Assembly (NCBI GenBank): GCA_021735245.1
Contig: JAIPHJ010000004.1
Coordinates: 14,652-78,651, forward strand
Direction: 5' to 3'
From: Candidatus Bipolaricaulota bacterium
GTDB lineage: Bacteria > Bipolaricaulota > Bipolaricaulia > M55B111
Length of the DNA: 64,000 nucleotides
Shown here piece after piece: positions 1 to 10,229 of this stretch; positions within the stretch are counted from its first letter, which is position 1; each line of letters opens with the position of its first letter. The translations under genes and the position numbers were made by a program. Below the pieces are notes generated by a model. That model searched no databases. It had not been told where the DNA came from and was given only the letters and a program-made list of their open reading frames with translations.

Positions 1-113
1 CCGGTCTTTCGACTTCTGGCTGGATAAAACTACCAGCTAATCTGGGATACAGCAGGTTTTTGGCTCGCTCACGACTAGATAAGTATTTGAGTTACAAACT
101 GCAGTTAACCGAT

Positions 114-836
114 CTAAAATCCCAGAGCTTCTCGTTTTAACAGGTCAATTATTCCTACCGTATCTATGTCCTTTGGACAGGCTTCTTCGCAATTAAAAAC
201 TTTGTTACAGCCCCAGACCCCGCCGCGGCTATCGTCCAGAAAGTCCATCCTTTCCTCTCCCCCCTCATCCCGGCTATCTCTTTCCCACCGAAAAGCCTTA
301 ACGAAGGCTCCGGGGCCGAGGTATTTTTTATTATCCCAGTAGGTCGGACAGGCCGAAGTGCAGGCTCCACACATGATACACTCTGTAGCTTCCTGAATTT
401 GTCCCAACTCCTCCGGCGTCTGGAGTCTTTCTTCCTCGGTCTCAGAACCATTTTCGGCAATTAAATAGGGTTTTACTTCCTCGTCCTGGTCAAAAAACGA
501 TTCCAGTTCAACCACCAGGTCCTTTATTACTGGAAACCCCGGCAGGGGGGAAACTTTTATCCTTGTCTCATTTTCGGAAACTAAATCAATCAAATGAGTC
601 TTACAGGCTAATCGGTTTTCCCCGTTAATCAACATGGCACAAGAACCACAGGACCCGTGACCGCAGGAGTGACGAAAGGTCAAGCTTCCGTCTTTTTCTT
701 CTTTCAGCTTGATTAAGGATTCAAGTACGGTCAATTCCTCCAGTTCGCCATGATCTACTGGAAAAGAGAACTCCTGATAGAAATTCCCTTCTTCCGTTTC
801 CGGATTATATCTATTTACTTCAAAAACTATTTCCAA
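114..836 (-). CDS. sdhB: Succinate dehydrogenase / fumarate reductase iron-sulfur subunit
   Basis: 240-aa ORF with the three canonical Cys clusters: CGHGSCGSCAMLINGENRLAC (2Fe-2S), CIMCGACTSACP (4Fe-4S) and CNKVFNCEEACP (3Fe-4S). It lies 30 nt downstream of the flavoprotein gene. Confidence 0.9.
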   Translation of the reverse strand: MEIVFEVNRYNPETEEGNFYQEFSFPVDHGELEELTVLESLIKLKEEKDGSLTFRHSCGHGSCGSCAMLINGENRLACKTHLIDLVSENETRIKVSPLPGFPVIKDLVVELESFFDQDEEVKPYLIAENGSETEEERLQTPEELGQIQEATECIMCGACTSACPTYWDNKKYLGPGAFVKAFRWERDSRDEGGEERMDFLDDSRGGVWGCNKVFNCEEACPKDIDTVGIIDLLKREALGF

Positions 837-866
837 AGTTATCGCCTCTTACTTATATTTCAGTTT

Positions 867-2561
867 CTAGGTGTCAACTTCTCTGTACTGGTGCCTGATC
901 TCGCCGGTCGAGTCCCTGTGAAGTAACGAATGCTGTAACCAGTCCGAATCATTTCGCTCAGGATAGTCAGTTCTAAAATGAGCTCCTCGACTTTCTTCTC
1001 TGGCAAGCGCCGCCTCGACAATAACTTCCGAGTAATCCAGCATGTTTCCCAGCTCCAGGGCCATTTTTAACTCGGTATTGAATTTCTGACTTGAGTCTTC
1101 TACGACCAGTTTTCCGTCATAATCCTCCTGTAGCTGGTAAATTTGGTTCAGCGCCTCTTTCAGGTCCTCCCCAGACCGGAAAACCCCACATTTCTCCGTC
1201 ATGATCCTCTTCAACCGATCCCGTAATTCGGAAACTTTAACAGATCCCTCGTTCTCCAACAAAGACTCGATCCTTGAACCGTATTTGCTCACAACCGCTT
1301 CATCAACTTCCACCCCGTCCGAACTACTTGCTTGCTGGGCTGCAAATCGGCCGGCCCTTTTGCCAAATGTCACCGCTTCCAGCAACGAGTTCGTTCCCAG
1401 TCTGTTTGCCCCGTGGACACTCACACAGGCTACCTCACCTGCTGCGTACAGATTTTCCCAGGCAACACCTATTTCCTTACTCTGGACCCGAGCCTCGATG
1501 TCGGTCGGTACTCCGCCCATGCAGTAGTGCGCCATCGGCTGAACCGGTATTGATTGCTCTACCGGATCGATGTTGGCAAAGTCTAAAGCAAGTTCTCTGA
1601 TCGTCGGCAACTTTCGCTTTATTTTTTCTCTGGAAAGGTGGGTCAGATCCAGATGGAGGTAATTTTCTCCGTTTATCCCTCTCCCCTCGTTAATTTCCCG
1701 TTGCATCCCCCTTACAACCTTGTCCCGCGGCGCTAGTTCCATATTTTCAGGTTCGTACCTTTTCATAAACCGTTCTCCCCTGTCGTTCTTGAGGTAACCT
1801 CCTTCACCGCGAGCCGCTTCTGTAATCAGAATTCCCTTATCTTTTAAGCCGGTCGGATGAAACTGGATAAATTCCATATCTTCTATGGGTATTCCATTCC
1901 TTAAAGCTATAGCCAGTCCATCTCCTGTACTTGCCGTACCACTACTGGTGAGGTCGTAAACCTGGCTCGGACCTCCGGTGGCAAGGATTACTGCTCCCGC
2001 CCGAAAAATAACGATTTCACCAGTTTTGATGTCGTAAGCCACCAGCCCCAGGACGGATCGTCCTTCGGTTAACAGGTCCAGAACGAAGAATTCGTCGTAG
2101 AAGGTTGTTCCTCGCTTGACGTTTTCTCCGTAAAGAGAATAAACTATCGCATGTCCCGTTCGGTCCGCAGCATAAAGTGCTCTCGGAAGGCTGTGACCTC
2201 CAAAGGGTCTTTGGTCAAGAGTCCCCATCGAGGTCCTGCTGAACGGAACCCCCATATGTTCTAGCTCAATAACATTCTCAACAGCGTTCTGTGTCAGGAC
2301 CTCGCCGGCATCTCTATCGACGAGATCGGCGCCACCCTTAATGGTATCCTCCAGATGCTTTTTCCAGCTGTCGCTCTCGTTATCCCCGGTATTTCCCAGA
2401 GAAGCAGCTATCCCGCCCTGCGCAGAAACCGAATGAGACCGAAGAGTTCTAACCTTGGAAATCACACCCAAATTATCTACGTGCTTGTCCGCTTCTATCG
2501 CGGCACGGAGTCCGGCCGCCCCTCCACCGACTATCAATAACCTGTGATCTATCGTTCTCAT
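867..2561 (-). CDS. sdhA: Succinate dehydrogenase / fumarate reductase flavoprotein subunit
   Basis: 564-aa ORF with an N-terminal FAD dinucleotide fold ([17 protein letters not shown]), the FIQFHPTG motif, and a C-terminal [16 protein letters not shown] segment typical of SdhA/FrdA. Confidence 0.9.
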   Translation of the reverse strand: MRTIDHRLLIVGGGAAGLRAAIEADKHVDNLGVISKVRTLRSHSVSAQGGIAASLGNTGDNESDSWKKHLEDTIKGGADLVDRDAGEVLTQNAVENVIELEHMGVPFSRTSMGTLDQRPFGGHSLPRALYAADRTGHAIVYSLYGENVKRGTTFYDEFFVLDLLTEGRSVLGLVAYDIKTGEIVIFRAGAVILATGGPSQVYDLTSSGTASTGDGLAIALRNGIPIEDMEFIQFHPTGLKDKGILITEAARGEGGYLKNDRGERFMKRYEPENMELAPRDKVVRGMQREINEGRGINGENYLHLDLTHLSREKIKRKLPTIRELALDFANIDPVEQSIPVQPMAHYCMGGVPTDIEARVQSKEIGVAWENLYAAGEVACVSVHGANRLGTNSLLEAVTFGKRAGRFAAQQASSSDGVEVDEAVVSKYGSRIESLLENEGSVKVSELRDRLKRIMTEKCGVFRSGEDLKEALNQIYQLQEDYDGKLVVEDSSQKFNTELKMALELGNMLDYSEVIVEAALAREESRGAHFRTDYPERNDSDWLQHSLLHRDSTGEIRHQYREVDT

Positions 2562-2592
2562 ATGTCCCCCCTTAGCAATATTTTCCCACCCA

Positions 2593-3267
2593 CTAAAGCA
2601 ATTCGTTCGAGCCCAGAACGTTCTTATCGACTATCCGGCCCTCGGCCATATAGTAGTCTCGCTGCGCCAATTCTGCGGCCAGCTGGAAGTTCTGTTCTAC
2701 AAACAATATCGAAACACCCGAATCGTATATCTTCTTCACCTTCTGAGAAAATTCTAGAACTACTTCCTGGGCCAAACCGAGGGAAAACTCGTCCAGTAGT
2801 AAAAGTTCGGGGTTGGTCATTAATGACTTTCCCAGGGCCAACATATGCCTCTCGCCTCCGCTCAACGTGGTAGCTTTTTGTCCACCTTTTTCTTTCAATA
2901 AAGGAAAAAGCTCGAACGCTTCCCCGAGTCTTTCAACCTCTTCCGGATAGAGGTATTTGCCCAGCTCAAGATTTTCTCGTACGCTCATCTGCGGGAAGAG
3001 GTGAGATTCCGAGGGGCAATAACTCAACCCGAGTTTAACTCGATCGTGAGCAGGAAGTTCGGCCAAACTCCTCCCCTTGAAGTTCATCTTGTCAGCCACA
3101 GCTCTTTCCAGTCCCGCTAAAGATCGGAGAGTCATAGTTTTACCGGACCCGTTTTCCCCCACAAGGGCGACGATCTCTCTTTCGGAGACTTTAATATTTA
3201 TATCGGTTAAAATTTGACTCCGGTCAACTCTAAGCCCCAGATCCTCGACTCTTAGCATTTCTCCCAT
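2593..3267 (-). CDS. livF: Branched-chain/hydrophobic amino-acid ABC transporter ATP-binding protein (LivF-like)
   Basis: Walker [12 protein letters not shown] signature [15 protein letters not shown] and Walker [13 protein letters not shown]. It is the second ATPase of a Liv-type operon. The real start may be the internal MLRVEDLG. Confidence 0.85.
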   Translation of the reverse strand: MGEMLRVEDLGLRVDRSQILTDINIKVSEREIVALVGENGSGKTMTLRSLAGLERAVADKMNFKGRSLAELPAHDRVKLGLSYCPSESHLFPQMSVRENLELGKYLYPEEVERLGEAFELFPLLKEKGGQKATTLSGGERHMLALGKSLMTNPELLLLDEFSLGLAQEVVLEFSQKVKKIYDSGVSILFVEQNFQLAAELAQRDYYMAEGRIVDKNVLGSNELL

Positions 3268-3961
3268 TTGGTATACTCATCCTCCCCGATTCCATATATA
3301 CCAACCTGTCGGCTACGTTTACTACGGAAGAGATATTATGCTCTACAAGAACCACTGTAAGGCCTTCGGAGTTTAAAAATTTTAAGAGCTCTGCCAGCTC
3401 CCGAAGGTCATAAGAGTGAGTGCCGCTAAATGGCTCGTCTAACAACAGTAACTTCGGATTAGTAGCAATAGCTATTGCCAGCTCCAACCGCCGACTGTAA
3501 CCATAAGAGAGGTTTTGTGCTAAAAATTCCGAATATTGTTGTAGTTCTGTAACTTTTAAAACCCATTCTACAGTAGGGCCTCCCTCTGTATTCAGTTCCT
3601 CATCTTCCTCTCGAATAGCCTCAAAGGTCCCCTTGTCACCGGCAGAATAGGTAGCGGTAATTACGTTATCTCGGACGGTCAATCCGGGGAAAACTCTGCT
3701 CCCCTGAAAAGTCCTGGTTATTCCCGCTTCGACCCTTTTGTGCACAGGCCAGCTTGAAATATTTTTCCCCTCAAGGTAAATCGCCCCCGAAGTAGGAGAT
3801 ATGAAACCGCTTATCAAATTGAAAAGGGTGGTCTTACCCGCTCCATTGGGACCAACAAGGCCAAGGATATCTCCTCTCTTGATTGCCAGATTAACGTGAC
3901 TTACGGCTCTGAGCCCCCCAAAGTCTCTGGTCAAATTATCCGTACGCAGTAACTCTTCCAT
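3230..3961 (-). CDS. livG: Branched-chain/hydrophobic amino-acid ABC transporter ATP-binding protein (LivG-like)
   Basis: Walker A GPNGAGKTT, LivG-style signature LSYGYSRRLELAIAIATNP and Walker B LLLLDEPFSG. Confidence 0.85.
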   Translation of the reverse strand: MEELLRTDNLTRDFGGLRAVSHVNLAIKRGDILGLVGPNGAGKTTLFNLISGFISPTSGAIYLEGKNISSWPVHKRVEAGITRTFQGSRVFPGLTVRDNVITATYSAGDKGTFEAIREEDEELNTEGGPTVEWVLKVTELQQYSEFLAQNLSYGYSRRLELAIAIATNPKLLLLDEPFSGTHSYDLRELAELLKFLNSEGLTVVLVEHNISSVVNVADRLVYMESGRMSIPNGRNAKSRGSGA

Positions 3962-3967
3962 AGATAA

Positions 3968-5914
3968 TCAAGCTGTTTTCTCCCTTTGACTGCCATTAAC
4001 TACTTCCTCTTCCTTTTTAACTTCTCCCACTTTTACGTATTTCTCGGGTAGCACTTTTCCTAAAACTCTCTCCCCCAGACCAATCAGTCCCCCGGGCATA
4101 TAAAGTAAGGAGACTATCAATATTCCGCTAAAAATGATCTGGGACAGGTAAGAGTTAAAGTATTGAGTTAGCTCTTCAATCCCATTTAGAACTGTCGCAC
4201 CAAGCAAGGGACCAAAAAAGCTCCCCAGGCCTCCGATCCTGTTCATCATAAGAAATCTGAAGGAAGTTACAAAATTAAACAAGTTCGGATGCAAAAAAGT
4301 TACGTAATGGGCGTATAGAGCACCCCCCAAGCCTGCAACGGATGCGCTCAAACCAAACGTCAATATCTTATACTTCCTGGTCGGTATACCAATTGATTTT
4401 GCCAGCCCCTCGTCCTCCCTGATAGCCTTGATCGATCGACCGAACCAGGAATTCAAAATCCTGTGTTTCATCCATAAAATTATTCCCAGGACAATTATGA
4501 CCAAAATATAGTAAGCTTGCTTACTCAGAAACGGATTAAACTTCAGCCCTTCGATACCGGGTAGCTTCAGCGCAAGTGTCGGTACCCCCGAGATACCACT
4601 CGCCCCCCCCGTAATGAAATCCAGGTTCGTAAATAGGATCGTAAAAATAATTGTAGTGATAAAAGTAAACGAAGTCCAGTGACGACCGGCTCTTACACCG
4701 ATGAGACCGATAATTAGCCCGACAAGCCCACTTAACACTAACCCTCCGACCAGCCCGAGAAGAGCGAAATCACCGAACTTCATTGTTAATACCGCCGAGG
4801 CGTAAGCCCCAACACCAAAGAAGGCACCCTGAGCCAGTGAGGGCGAGCCCACGTACCCGTAAAGTAAATCCAGGCTGGTAACGGCAATAGATGCTATCCC
4901 TATAATAACCGCCAGGTGAAATAAATAGGAGGGAAGGTCCACAAAAAAAGGCACAACCAGTCCCACTAAAAACAGAATTCGGGTTAGTCTTGCTTTACCG
5001 GGCAACAAAATTTGGATTCGCCCTTTATCTCTCCGTCTAATTTGCCTCCTTTCTTCCGGGCCCAGTACTTCCGGTCTAAATAGCATTACAATAATTAAAA
5101 GGACAAACGGAATTAAATTGCTGAATTTCCCCAAAAAGTAAACTGAAGTGAGGGACTCCGCCACGCCAATGGTCGCTGCCAGGCCAATAACCCCAGGGAT
5201 TGATCCCATTGAAATTCGAGAAATGACAAAGGCCTTAAGTATCGGAAATCTCCCCGTGAACGGGGTAAAAGTATAAACGGGAGATGTCAGGAATCCAGCC
5301 AGACCTGACAGCGAACCAGCCAGGGCGAAAGCAATAGCGGTCGTAGCTGGAAAATTAACCCCAACCAAGGAGGCGGCCTCCTGGTTTTGAGAAATTGCCC
5401 GGAGTCCCTTTCCCCACCTCGTCTTCTGCAATAAAAACCAGACCAGCGTCGCCAGAAATATCGTGATCAGAATAACGAATAGTTTGTGAGAAAAAATCGA
5501 GGCGGGTCCGACTTGAATCATGCGAGGAAGGAATGGCGAGGAAATCGTTTTTGCCCGCTCCCCGTAGATAATTGCTATCAGGCTCTGAACGATAAGCAGT
5601 AGACTGACTGCCCCCAGAAAGGTTGGTGCTATTCCGTATTCCCGGAGCTTACGGTAAACAAAAGTACCAAATAATATGCTAACAACCGCCGTCAGCGGAA
5701 TTACGAAAACAGGGGCTAAAAAATAACTAAAACCCAGCCCTTCTACCACTGTATAAGTAAGGTAGCCCCCAACCGTGAATAAACCACCTTGAGCGACGTC
5801 CCCAATGTCCAGCACCCCGAATACGATGGAGACGCCCAGGGCGAGAAGACCGTAATAACTCCCAATAAACAGTCCGTCCAGGACAAACTTCGGGAGAATT
5901 CCCCACTCAATCAT
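3968..5914 (-). CDS. Fused LivH-LivM type ABC transporter permease
   Basis: 648-aa polytopic ORF. The N-terminal half resembles LivH and the C-terminal half resembles LivM. The halves are joined by a basic linker (EERRQIRRRDKGR). It sits between the SBP and ATPase genes. Confidence 0.8.
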   Translation of the reverse strand: MIEWGILPKFVLDGLFIGSYYGLLALGVSIVFGVLDIGDVAQGGLFTVGGYLTYTVVEGLGFSYFLAPVFVIPLTAVVSILFGTFVYRKLREYGIAPTFLGAVSLLLIVQSLIAIIYGERAKTISSPFLPRMIQVGPASIFSHKLFVILITIFLATLVWFLLQKTRWGKGLRAISQNQEAASLVGVNFPATTAIAFALAGSLSGLAGFLTSPVYTFTPFTGRFPILKAFVISRISMGSIPGVIGLAATIGVAESLTSVYFLGKFSNLIPFVLLIIVMLFRPEVLGPEERRQIRRRDKGRIQILLPGKARLTRILFLVGLVVPFFVDLPSYLFHLAVIIGIASIAVTSLDLLYGYVGSPSLAQGAFFGVGAYASAVLTMKFGDFALLGLVGGLVLSGLVGLIIGLIGVRAGRHWTSFTFITTIIFTILFTNLDFITGGASGISGVPTLALKLPGIEGLKFNPFLSKQAYYILVIIVLGIILWMKHRILNSWFGRSIKAIREDEGLAKSIGIPTRKYKILTFGLSASVAGLGGALYAHYVTFLHPNLFNFVTSFRFLMMNRIGGLGSFFGPLLGATVLNGIEELTQYFNSYLSQIIFSGILIVSLLYMPGGLIGLGERVLGKVLPEKYVKVGEVKKEEEVVNGSQREKTA

Positions 5915-5926
5915 ACATATTGCCTA

Positions 5927-7276
5927 TTAGGAGCAGAGGGAGCCGAGTAAGTCCTCACCGTATCCCCGGTCCTTTAACAGATAATGTTTCTGTCCTTTAA
6001 ATGTACCTACTCCAAGACGGATGTTGAACTGACCACAACTCAAGAAGCCGTAATTTCCGTAAGGAGTTTTCATCACGGGACCGGCTTCCGAGGAAGAACT
6101 CGGTGGTAAGAGGTAAGAAATTGCCTCTTGCGGTAGAGATCGACGACGATCAAGCGATAAAACCTCTTCCTTGCCTCGTCTTTCGATCATTCCTTCTATC
6201 GCCTGTTTGAGTATGTACATGCTCCCCCATCCCCAGCTACCGGAAGGAGGAGAAACCGGAGGATGGCCATATTCTTTAACAAAAGCCGCCTCCATATCCT
6301 TAGCCTGATTTGGAGTATGGCCTCCTTTAAAGCCCCTCTCGTAATTCTCGCTTTCGTAATGCACGGCGTAAATTATTCCGTCGCCCATGCCTTTCTCCAG
6401 TACCTGCCTCTCGAAGTCCACCGACCCGTTCGGCGTCTGTCCCGTGTAAAACCCAAACTCGTCCTTATCAATTCCTCTCCGGTCGAACTGCCGAACGACG
6501 GAAATTATGTCCGCCGGTATGCCGGTTCCCATAATAACTCCATCCGCGGAAGAATTTAACGCCTTCGTCAACAAAGGAGAGAAATCGGTTTGGAAGGGTG
6601 TATAATAATCTACTCCAACAACCTCTCCTCCGTCCGTTCTTTCCAGTAGTTTCCTTACCACGTCTTCATAAATTCTCCCTTGCGCGTTATTTGGCACGAA
6701 CAGGTAAAGCTGTTTATCCTCTCTCTCCTTCATCAGGTATTTAATGACAGGGGCCATCTGCAAAATCGTCCGGGTCCCGTATCTAATCGACAGAGGATAT
6801 TTACTGTGATTCTTTGTAAAACTGGCAACGGTTCCAAAAAATACCTGAGGAATTTTCGCCGCACCGAATATAGGCTGAGTAGCCATTCCATGAGTACCGA
6901 TTAACGGTCCGAGAGCAAAACCAATATCTCCCCGATTAACCAGCCTGCGAGCAGCCTTTGAAGCTCCGGTCTGGGAAGTCTTTCCATCTTTAACTACTAA
7001 TTCTAGCTTTATTTCTCCCCCGATTCCCCCGGCATCATTTATTCGATCAACCGCCAACCTGGCACCTTTCTTGATCGTCTTCCCGACAGGAGCATTTGGT
7101 CCGGTAAGGGAAAATATCCCTCCTACTTTCAGGGGTCCAGAAGCAGCCCCGGCACTCTTTGACCAAGTAAAAGGGAGAGAAAGTGACAATAAAGAACCAC
7201 CGGTTAATCTAAGAAACCTTCTCCTGGTTAGGCTTTTGTCCTTATCTCGAGAGCTTCCATTTAGCACATTTATCAC
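5927..7276 (-). CDS. Type-1 periplasmic binding protein (Leu/Ile/Val-binding family) with twin-arginine-like leader
   Basis: 449-aa ORF. The N-terminus TRRRFLRLTGGSLLSLSLPFTWSKSAGAA resembles a Tat/lipoprotein-type signal. The body has the LivJ/K-like pattern (PLKVGGIFSLTGP..., GAD-rich). It is the first gene of the ABC block. Confidence 0.8.
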   Translation of the reverse strand: MINVLNGSSRDKDKSLTRRRFLRLTGGSLLSLSLPFTWSKSAGAASGPLKVGGIFSLTGPNAPVGKTIKKGARLAVDRINDAGGIGGEIKLELVVKDGKTSQTGASKAARRLVNRGDIGFALGPLIGTHGMATQPIFGAAKIPQVFFGTVASFTKNHSKYPLSIRYGTRTILQMAPVIKYLMKEREDKQLYLFVPNNAQGRIYEDVVRKLLERTDGGEVVGVDYYTPFQTDFSPLLTKALNSSADGVIMGTGIPADIISVVRQFDRRGIDKDEFGFYTGQTPNGSVDFERQVLEKGMGDGIIYAVHYESENYERGFKGGHTPNQAKDMEAAFVKEYGHPPVSPPSGSWGWGSMYILKQAIEGMIERRGKEEVLSLDRRRSLPQEAISYLLPPSSSSEAGPVMKTPYGNYGFLSCGQFNIRLGVGTFKGQKHYLLKDRGYGEDLLGSLCS

Positions 7277-7345
7277 TCCTTTCTTATTGAATTTCGAAGA
7301 ATACCCTGCCCTGTGGGCGTGGATAGCACGATTAAAGCGATTTAT

Positions 7346-8830
7346 TTATTCCTCTACTTTAAAAGCATATCGAAAGTGATAACCCTGGGGATGAGAGCCC
7401 CAGTTCAAAAACGGCCGACGGTATATGAATGGAACCTCAAATGCTTCCTTGGCAAAATTCCATTGCTTTTCGATTGTCGGGTAGATATCTATGATGTGCC
7501 AGCCAGGACTTCCGGTTGCTTTGAATTTTCCTTCGACGATTCCCGGAATATCGCCACCACAGACGTAACCAATATAGGCATTATCGTACAAAATCGTTGC
7601 CTGGTTCCAGGTTTCATTCCATCCCACCCCTTGCCCATTTAAGGTAATCTGAGTACCAACGGGGCCACTTTTGGGTTTCAACTCTTCAAGGACAGGAAGA
7701 ACGATTACGGACGTTGTCGCTACTTTTTCACCATCAATGACAGCGTGTATCGGCTGAGGGCCTCCCTGGACCGACTCCGGTGCGGGTGTAATCTGAGTAG
7801 ATAACTTTCCATCATCGCTCACAGTAGCGTTTTTAGTCAGCACAGTCGTCTCCGTATACTCCTCATTTTTTCTTACATCCTCGCGTAAATCGTTTCCCTC
7901 TATTAGTGACCAGGTTAATTTAACCTGAGCCCTCGGAGGAAACCCAAATCCTTCCACCGTGACGGAATCATTGACCGGAATTGCCCGTTCGCGCGTAGTC
8001 AGAAAGGCACCATCTTCAGGTTTGGGGTTACCGTTTTCCCGGAGTACCTCATCCGGAATTTGCTCATCTATCGGGGGTGGCAATTCTGGTTGACCTTCGG
8101 TCAGTTCAAAAGTCCAGGATAGATCGACTGTCCCCGGCATTGAGGTCAAACCGATGTGAGATTGACGGTAAGATCCAGTGTTGCCAAACGGGCACCGCTC
8201 CACATCAATTACGTGAGGGCCCGGCCTGCCGGTTGCCGGAATGTTTATTTTGGTAGTCCCTTTTGGAGTTACAGGGCTGATCATCCCTGTATGCTTATTA
8301 TCGTAATAAATGTGGTAAACCGAATTGTCTACTGAACGGGGAACTGGAAGGGGTAGACCACGTGCCGTGATGGTTATAGGAGACCCTAACGTCCCTGAGT
8401 CCGGCTCAACAGAGAAACTGGGAACTACCAGAATTCTTACTTTATTGACCCTCTTATCTTCACTGATAAGGTAAATATCATGCGAAGCGCCGTAGTCTTC
8501 CGGTACTTCAATATTCGTAAGGAATTTCCCTTGCTGGTCTGTTTCCACCGATGCAAGGATCTTCTGCCTTTCCTGGTGCTGAAAACCCAGAAACTTCCCC
8601 CATAAAACACCATCAGAATTCCTTTCTACGTCCCAATCTGCCTCGTAAGAACGCCACAATAACTGGTACTCTCGTTCTGGTGGCAAGCCTTCTCCTCGAA
8701 CTTCTACCTCTTCACCAACATTAGCCTCTTCTGGCGTTAGGTTTAACTCCCCCTGAAAACCTTCCTCGGGAGTGGGCATTTCGTTCAGATCTCTAATAAT
8801 CCCTTCTTCACTTCCTTTAACCTTTGTCAT
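7346..8830 (-). CDS. Hypothetical protein, internally duplicated beta-rich (Ig/TIG-like) modules, no signal peptide
   Basis: 494-aa uninterrupted ORF with an (A-B)(C-D) module duplication visible in the sequence (see finding). I recognise no family. Confidence 0.7.
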   Translation of the reverse strand: MTKVKGSEEGIIRDLNEMPTPEEGFQGELNLTPEEANVGEEVEVRGEGLPPEREYQLLWRSYEADWDVERNSDGVLWGKFLGFQHQERQKILASVETDQQGKFLTNIEVPEDYGASHDIYLISEDKRVNKVRILVVPSFSVEPDSGTLGSPITITARGLPLPVPRSVDNSVYHIYYDNKHTGMISPVTPKGTTKINIPATGRPGPHVIDVERCPFGNTGSYRQSHIGLTSMPGTVDLSWTFELTEGQPELPPPIDEQIPDEVLRENGNPKPEDGAFLTTRERAIPVNDSVTVEGFGFPPRAQVKLTWSLIEGNDLREDVRKNEEYTETTVLTKNATVSDDGKLSTQITPAPESVQGGPQPIHAVIDGEKVATTSVIVLPVLEELKPKSGPVGTQITLNGQGVGWNETWNQATILYDNAYIGYVCGGDIPGIVEGKFKATGSPGWHIIDIYPTIEKQWNFAKEAFEVPFIYRRPFLNWGSHPQGYHFRYAFKVEE

Positions 8831-8853
8831 TTTCCCCTCCTCCTTTCACAAAT

Positions 8854-8888
8854 AAGATAAGGGGGCCAATTTATGACCCCCTTATCTT
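8854..8888 (-). repeat. Intercistronic hairpin (12-bp perfect stem)
   Basis: aagataaggggg (8854-8865) pairs perfectly with cccccttatctt (8877-8888) around an 11-nt loop. It lies between the Tat-signal gene and the 494-aa gene. On the minus strand it is followed by only a weak T-rich tract. Confidence 0.5.
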
Positions 8889-8930
8889 ACTAAATATTGA
8901 TACTGATCGTAAAGCAAATAACAATAAAAT

Positions 8931-9524
8931 CTATCTTTCCTCTATAGTCAAAGCACGAGGGAAGGTTTCTACGTTTTTGTCCCCAAACATCTCTAGCTTG
9001 CCCGTTCCGCCTTCCTTGTCCTTGGCCGTTATCGAATAAGTCATTTTACCCGTTGAAGCACCAGGTGAAATCTTCCAGCTACCTGCCCAGAAATAAACCT
9101 TGGGTGTTTCGTCTGGCGGATGTTCGCCATGGTGCATGTCTATCTTTTCACCGTTCTCCAACTCTACCTGTAACTTCAGCCCTCGTTCCTGGATTTCCGC
9201 GTGATCATTAATTTTTTCACCCGTCTTTCCGCTAAAGGTGACGGCGTGCCAGACGACCGTTTCTCCCTTCTTGAACGTGCTGGATAGCTCACACGGTGCC
9301 CCGGTACCTTGAACAACACCGCCACCACCTTTAACTACTTCGTTCACTATCACGTAATCCTGTCCTTCTGCTGCAGCGGCTTTGAAGTTGGTTACGGCGA
9401 GAGAGCTGAATGCGATGCCACCAACTGCTGCTGCGGCACCTTTGATAAAGTCTCGACGATTCAAGTTTTCAAGAAGACTTCCTTCCTCTTCCGGCGTTTC
9501 AATTTCTTTGACTTCTTCGGTCAT
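8931..9524 (-). CDS. Hypothetical secreted protein with twin-arginine signal
   Basis: Tat motif NRRDFIKGAAAAVGGIAFSSLAV. I prefer the start at the second ATG (9524), because GGAGG lies 8 nt upstream and the first ATG of the ORF track is embedded in that SD. The mature part is beta-rich and His-rich (DMHHGEHPP). Confidence 0.75.
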   Translation of the reverse strand: MTEEVKEIETPEEEGSLLENLNRRDFIKGAAAAVGGIAFSSLAVTNFKAAAAEGQDYVIVNEVVKGGGGVVQGTGAPCELSSTFKKGETVVWHAVTFSGKTGEKINDHAEIQERGLKLQVELENGEKIDMHHGEHPPDETPKVYFWAGSWKISPGASTGKMTYSITAKDKEGGTGKLEMFGDKNVETFPRALTIEER

Positions 9525-9647
9525 GTTAAATACCTCCATAAATAGATTAAGGTTAACAGAAGATTTTCGATCCGCGAACTTTTAACTAACTAATAGGACA
9601 CTTGGTTTTTGGGTTCAAAACCACCTCCAGTCCCGGTACCTCATTCT

Positions 9648-10229
9648 TCAAGAACTAACTACTACATCCTGACCAAATACCGCTTTTAAATCCCTGACAC
9701 TTCTCCGCCCGCGTTCGCTGAGGCCTGGGTCGTCGTACTTATGAGGATAGAGGCTACCAAAATCCGATCGGGTCGGTCTGCCGATCTGGTTAATAAGACC
9801 CTGCTTAATCTGCCGGTATCGCGGCCGTATTTCTGCCAGGGTTTCCTCGTCCTCCTGCCATTCATAGTAATCCGGCTCCTCTTCCCCGTGAAAATAAGAC
9901 TTTTCCGCTTCCAACCTGTTATCGTAGGTCCTTTCTCGAATCGTCGGGTGAGTTTCAATAGCGAATTGTCGAACCCATTCTCCCGTTTTCTTCCAGACTT
10001 TAGCCCTATCCGGGCCATGCGGCCTCAAGTTATCGTCCTCCGACTCCGGGTTTCCCAGAAATCGTACTTCCGGCAAATCAATTTCCTCCCCCTCCTCTTC
10101 ACCTTCCTCGCTTACCAACAATTGTAACTCCATCACGTTATCAACCGGGCGGCCATCCAGCTTTTCTTCTCCTTCCTTCGGTCTTTTACTGGATTGGATT
10201 TCGCCAATTTGTTTTTCGTTAGTTTCCAT
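9648..10229 (-). CDS. Hypothetical highly acidic protein
   Basis: The ORF track gives 9648..10271 with a GTG start. The internal ATG at 10229 (METNEKQ...) overlaps the stop of an SD-preceded mini-ORF by 11 nt, which suggests coupling. Glu/Asp-rich (EEGEEEGEEIDLPE). No family recognised. Confidence 0.6.
   Translation of the reverse strand: METNEKQIGEIQSSKRPKEGEEKLDGRPVDNVMELQLLVSEEGEEEGEEIDLPEVRFLGNPESEDDNLRPHGPDRAKVWKKTGEWVRQFAIETHPTIRERTYDNRLEAEKSYFHGEEEPDYYEWQEDEETLAEIRPRYRQIKQGLINQIGRPTRSDFGSLYPHKYDDPGLSERGRRSVRDLKAVFGQDVVVSS

Noticed and set aside
1201-1600. Three overlapping plus-strand ORFs (1201..1527, 1274..1600, 1332..1553) inside sdhA. Similar shadow ORFs occur elsewhere, for example 164..460, 13469..13912, 17474..17959 and 61620..62360.
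   Set aside because: They lie antisense or out of frame within genes that have strong family motifs. They have Ser/Pro/Arg-rich low-complexity translations and no SD. They are typical shadow ORFs of moderately GC-rich coding DNA.
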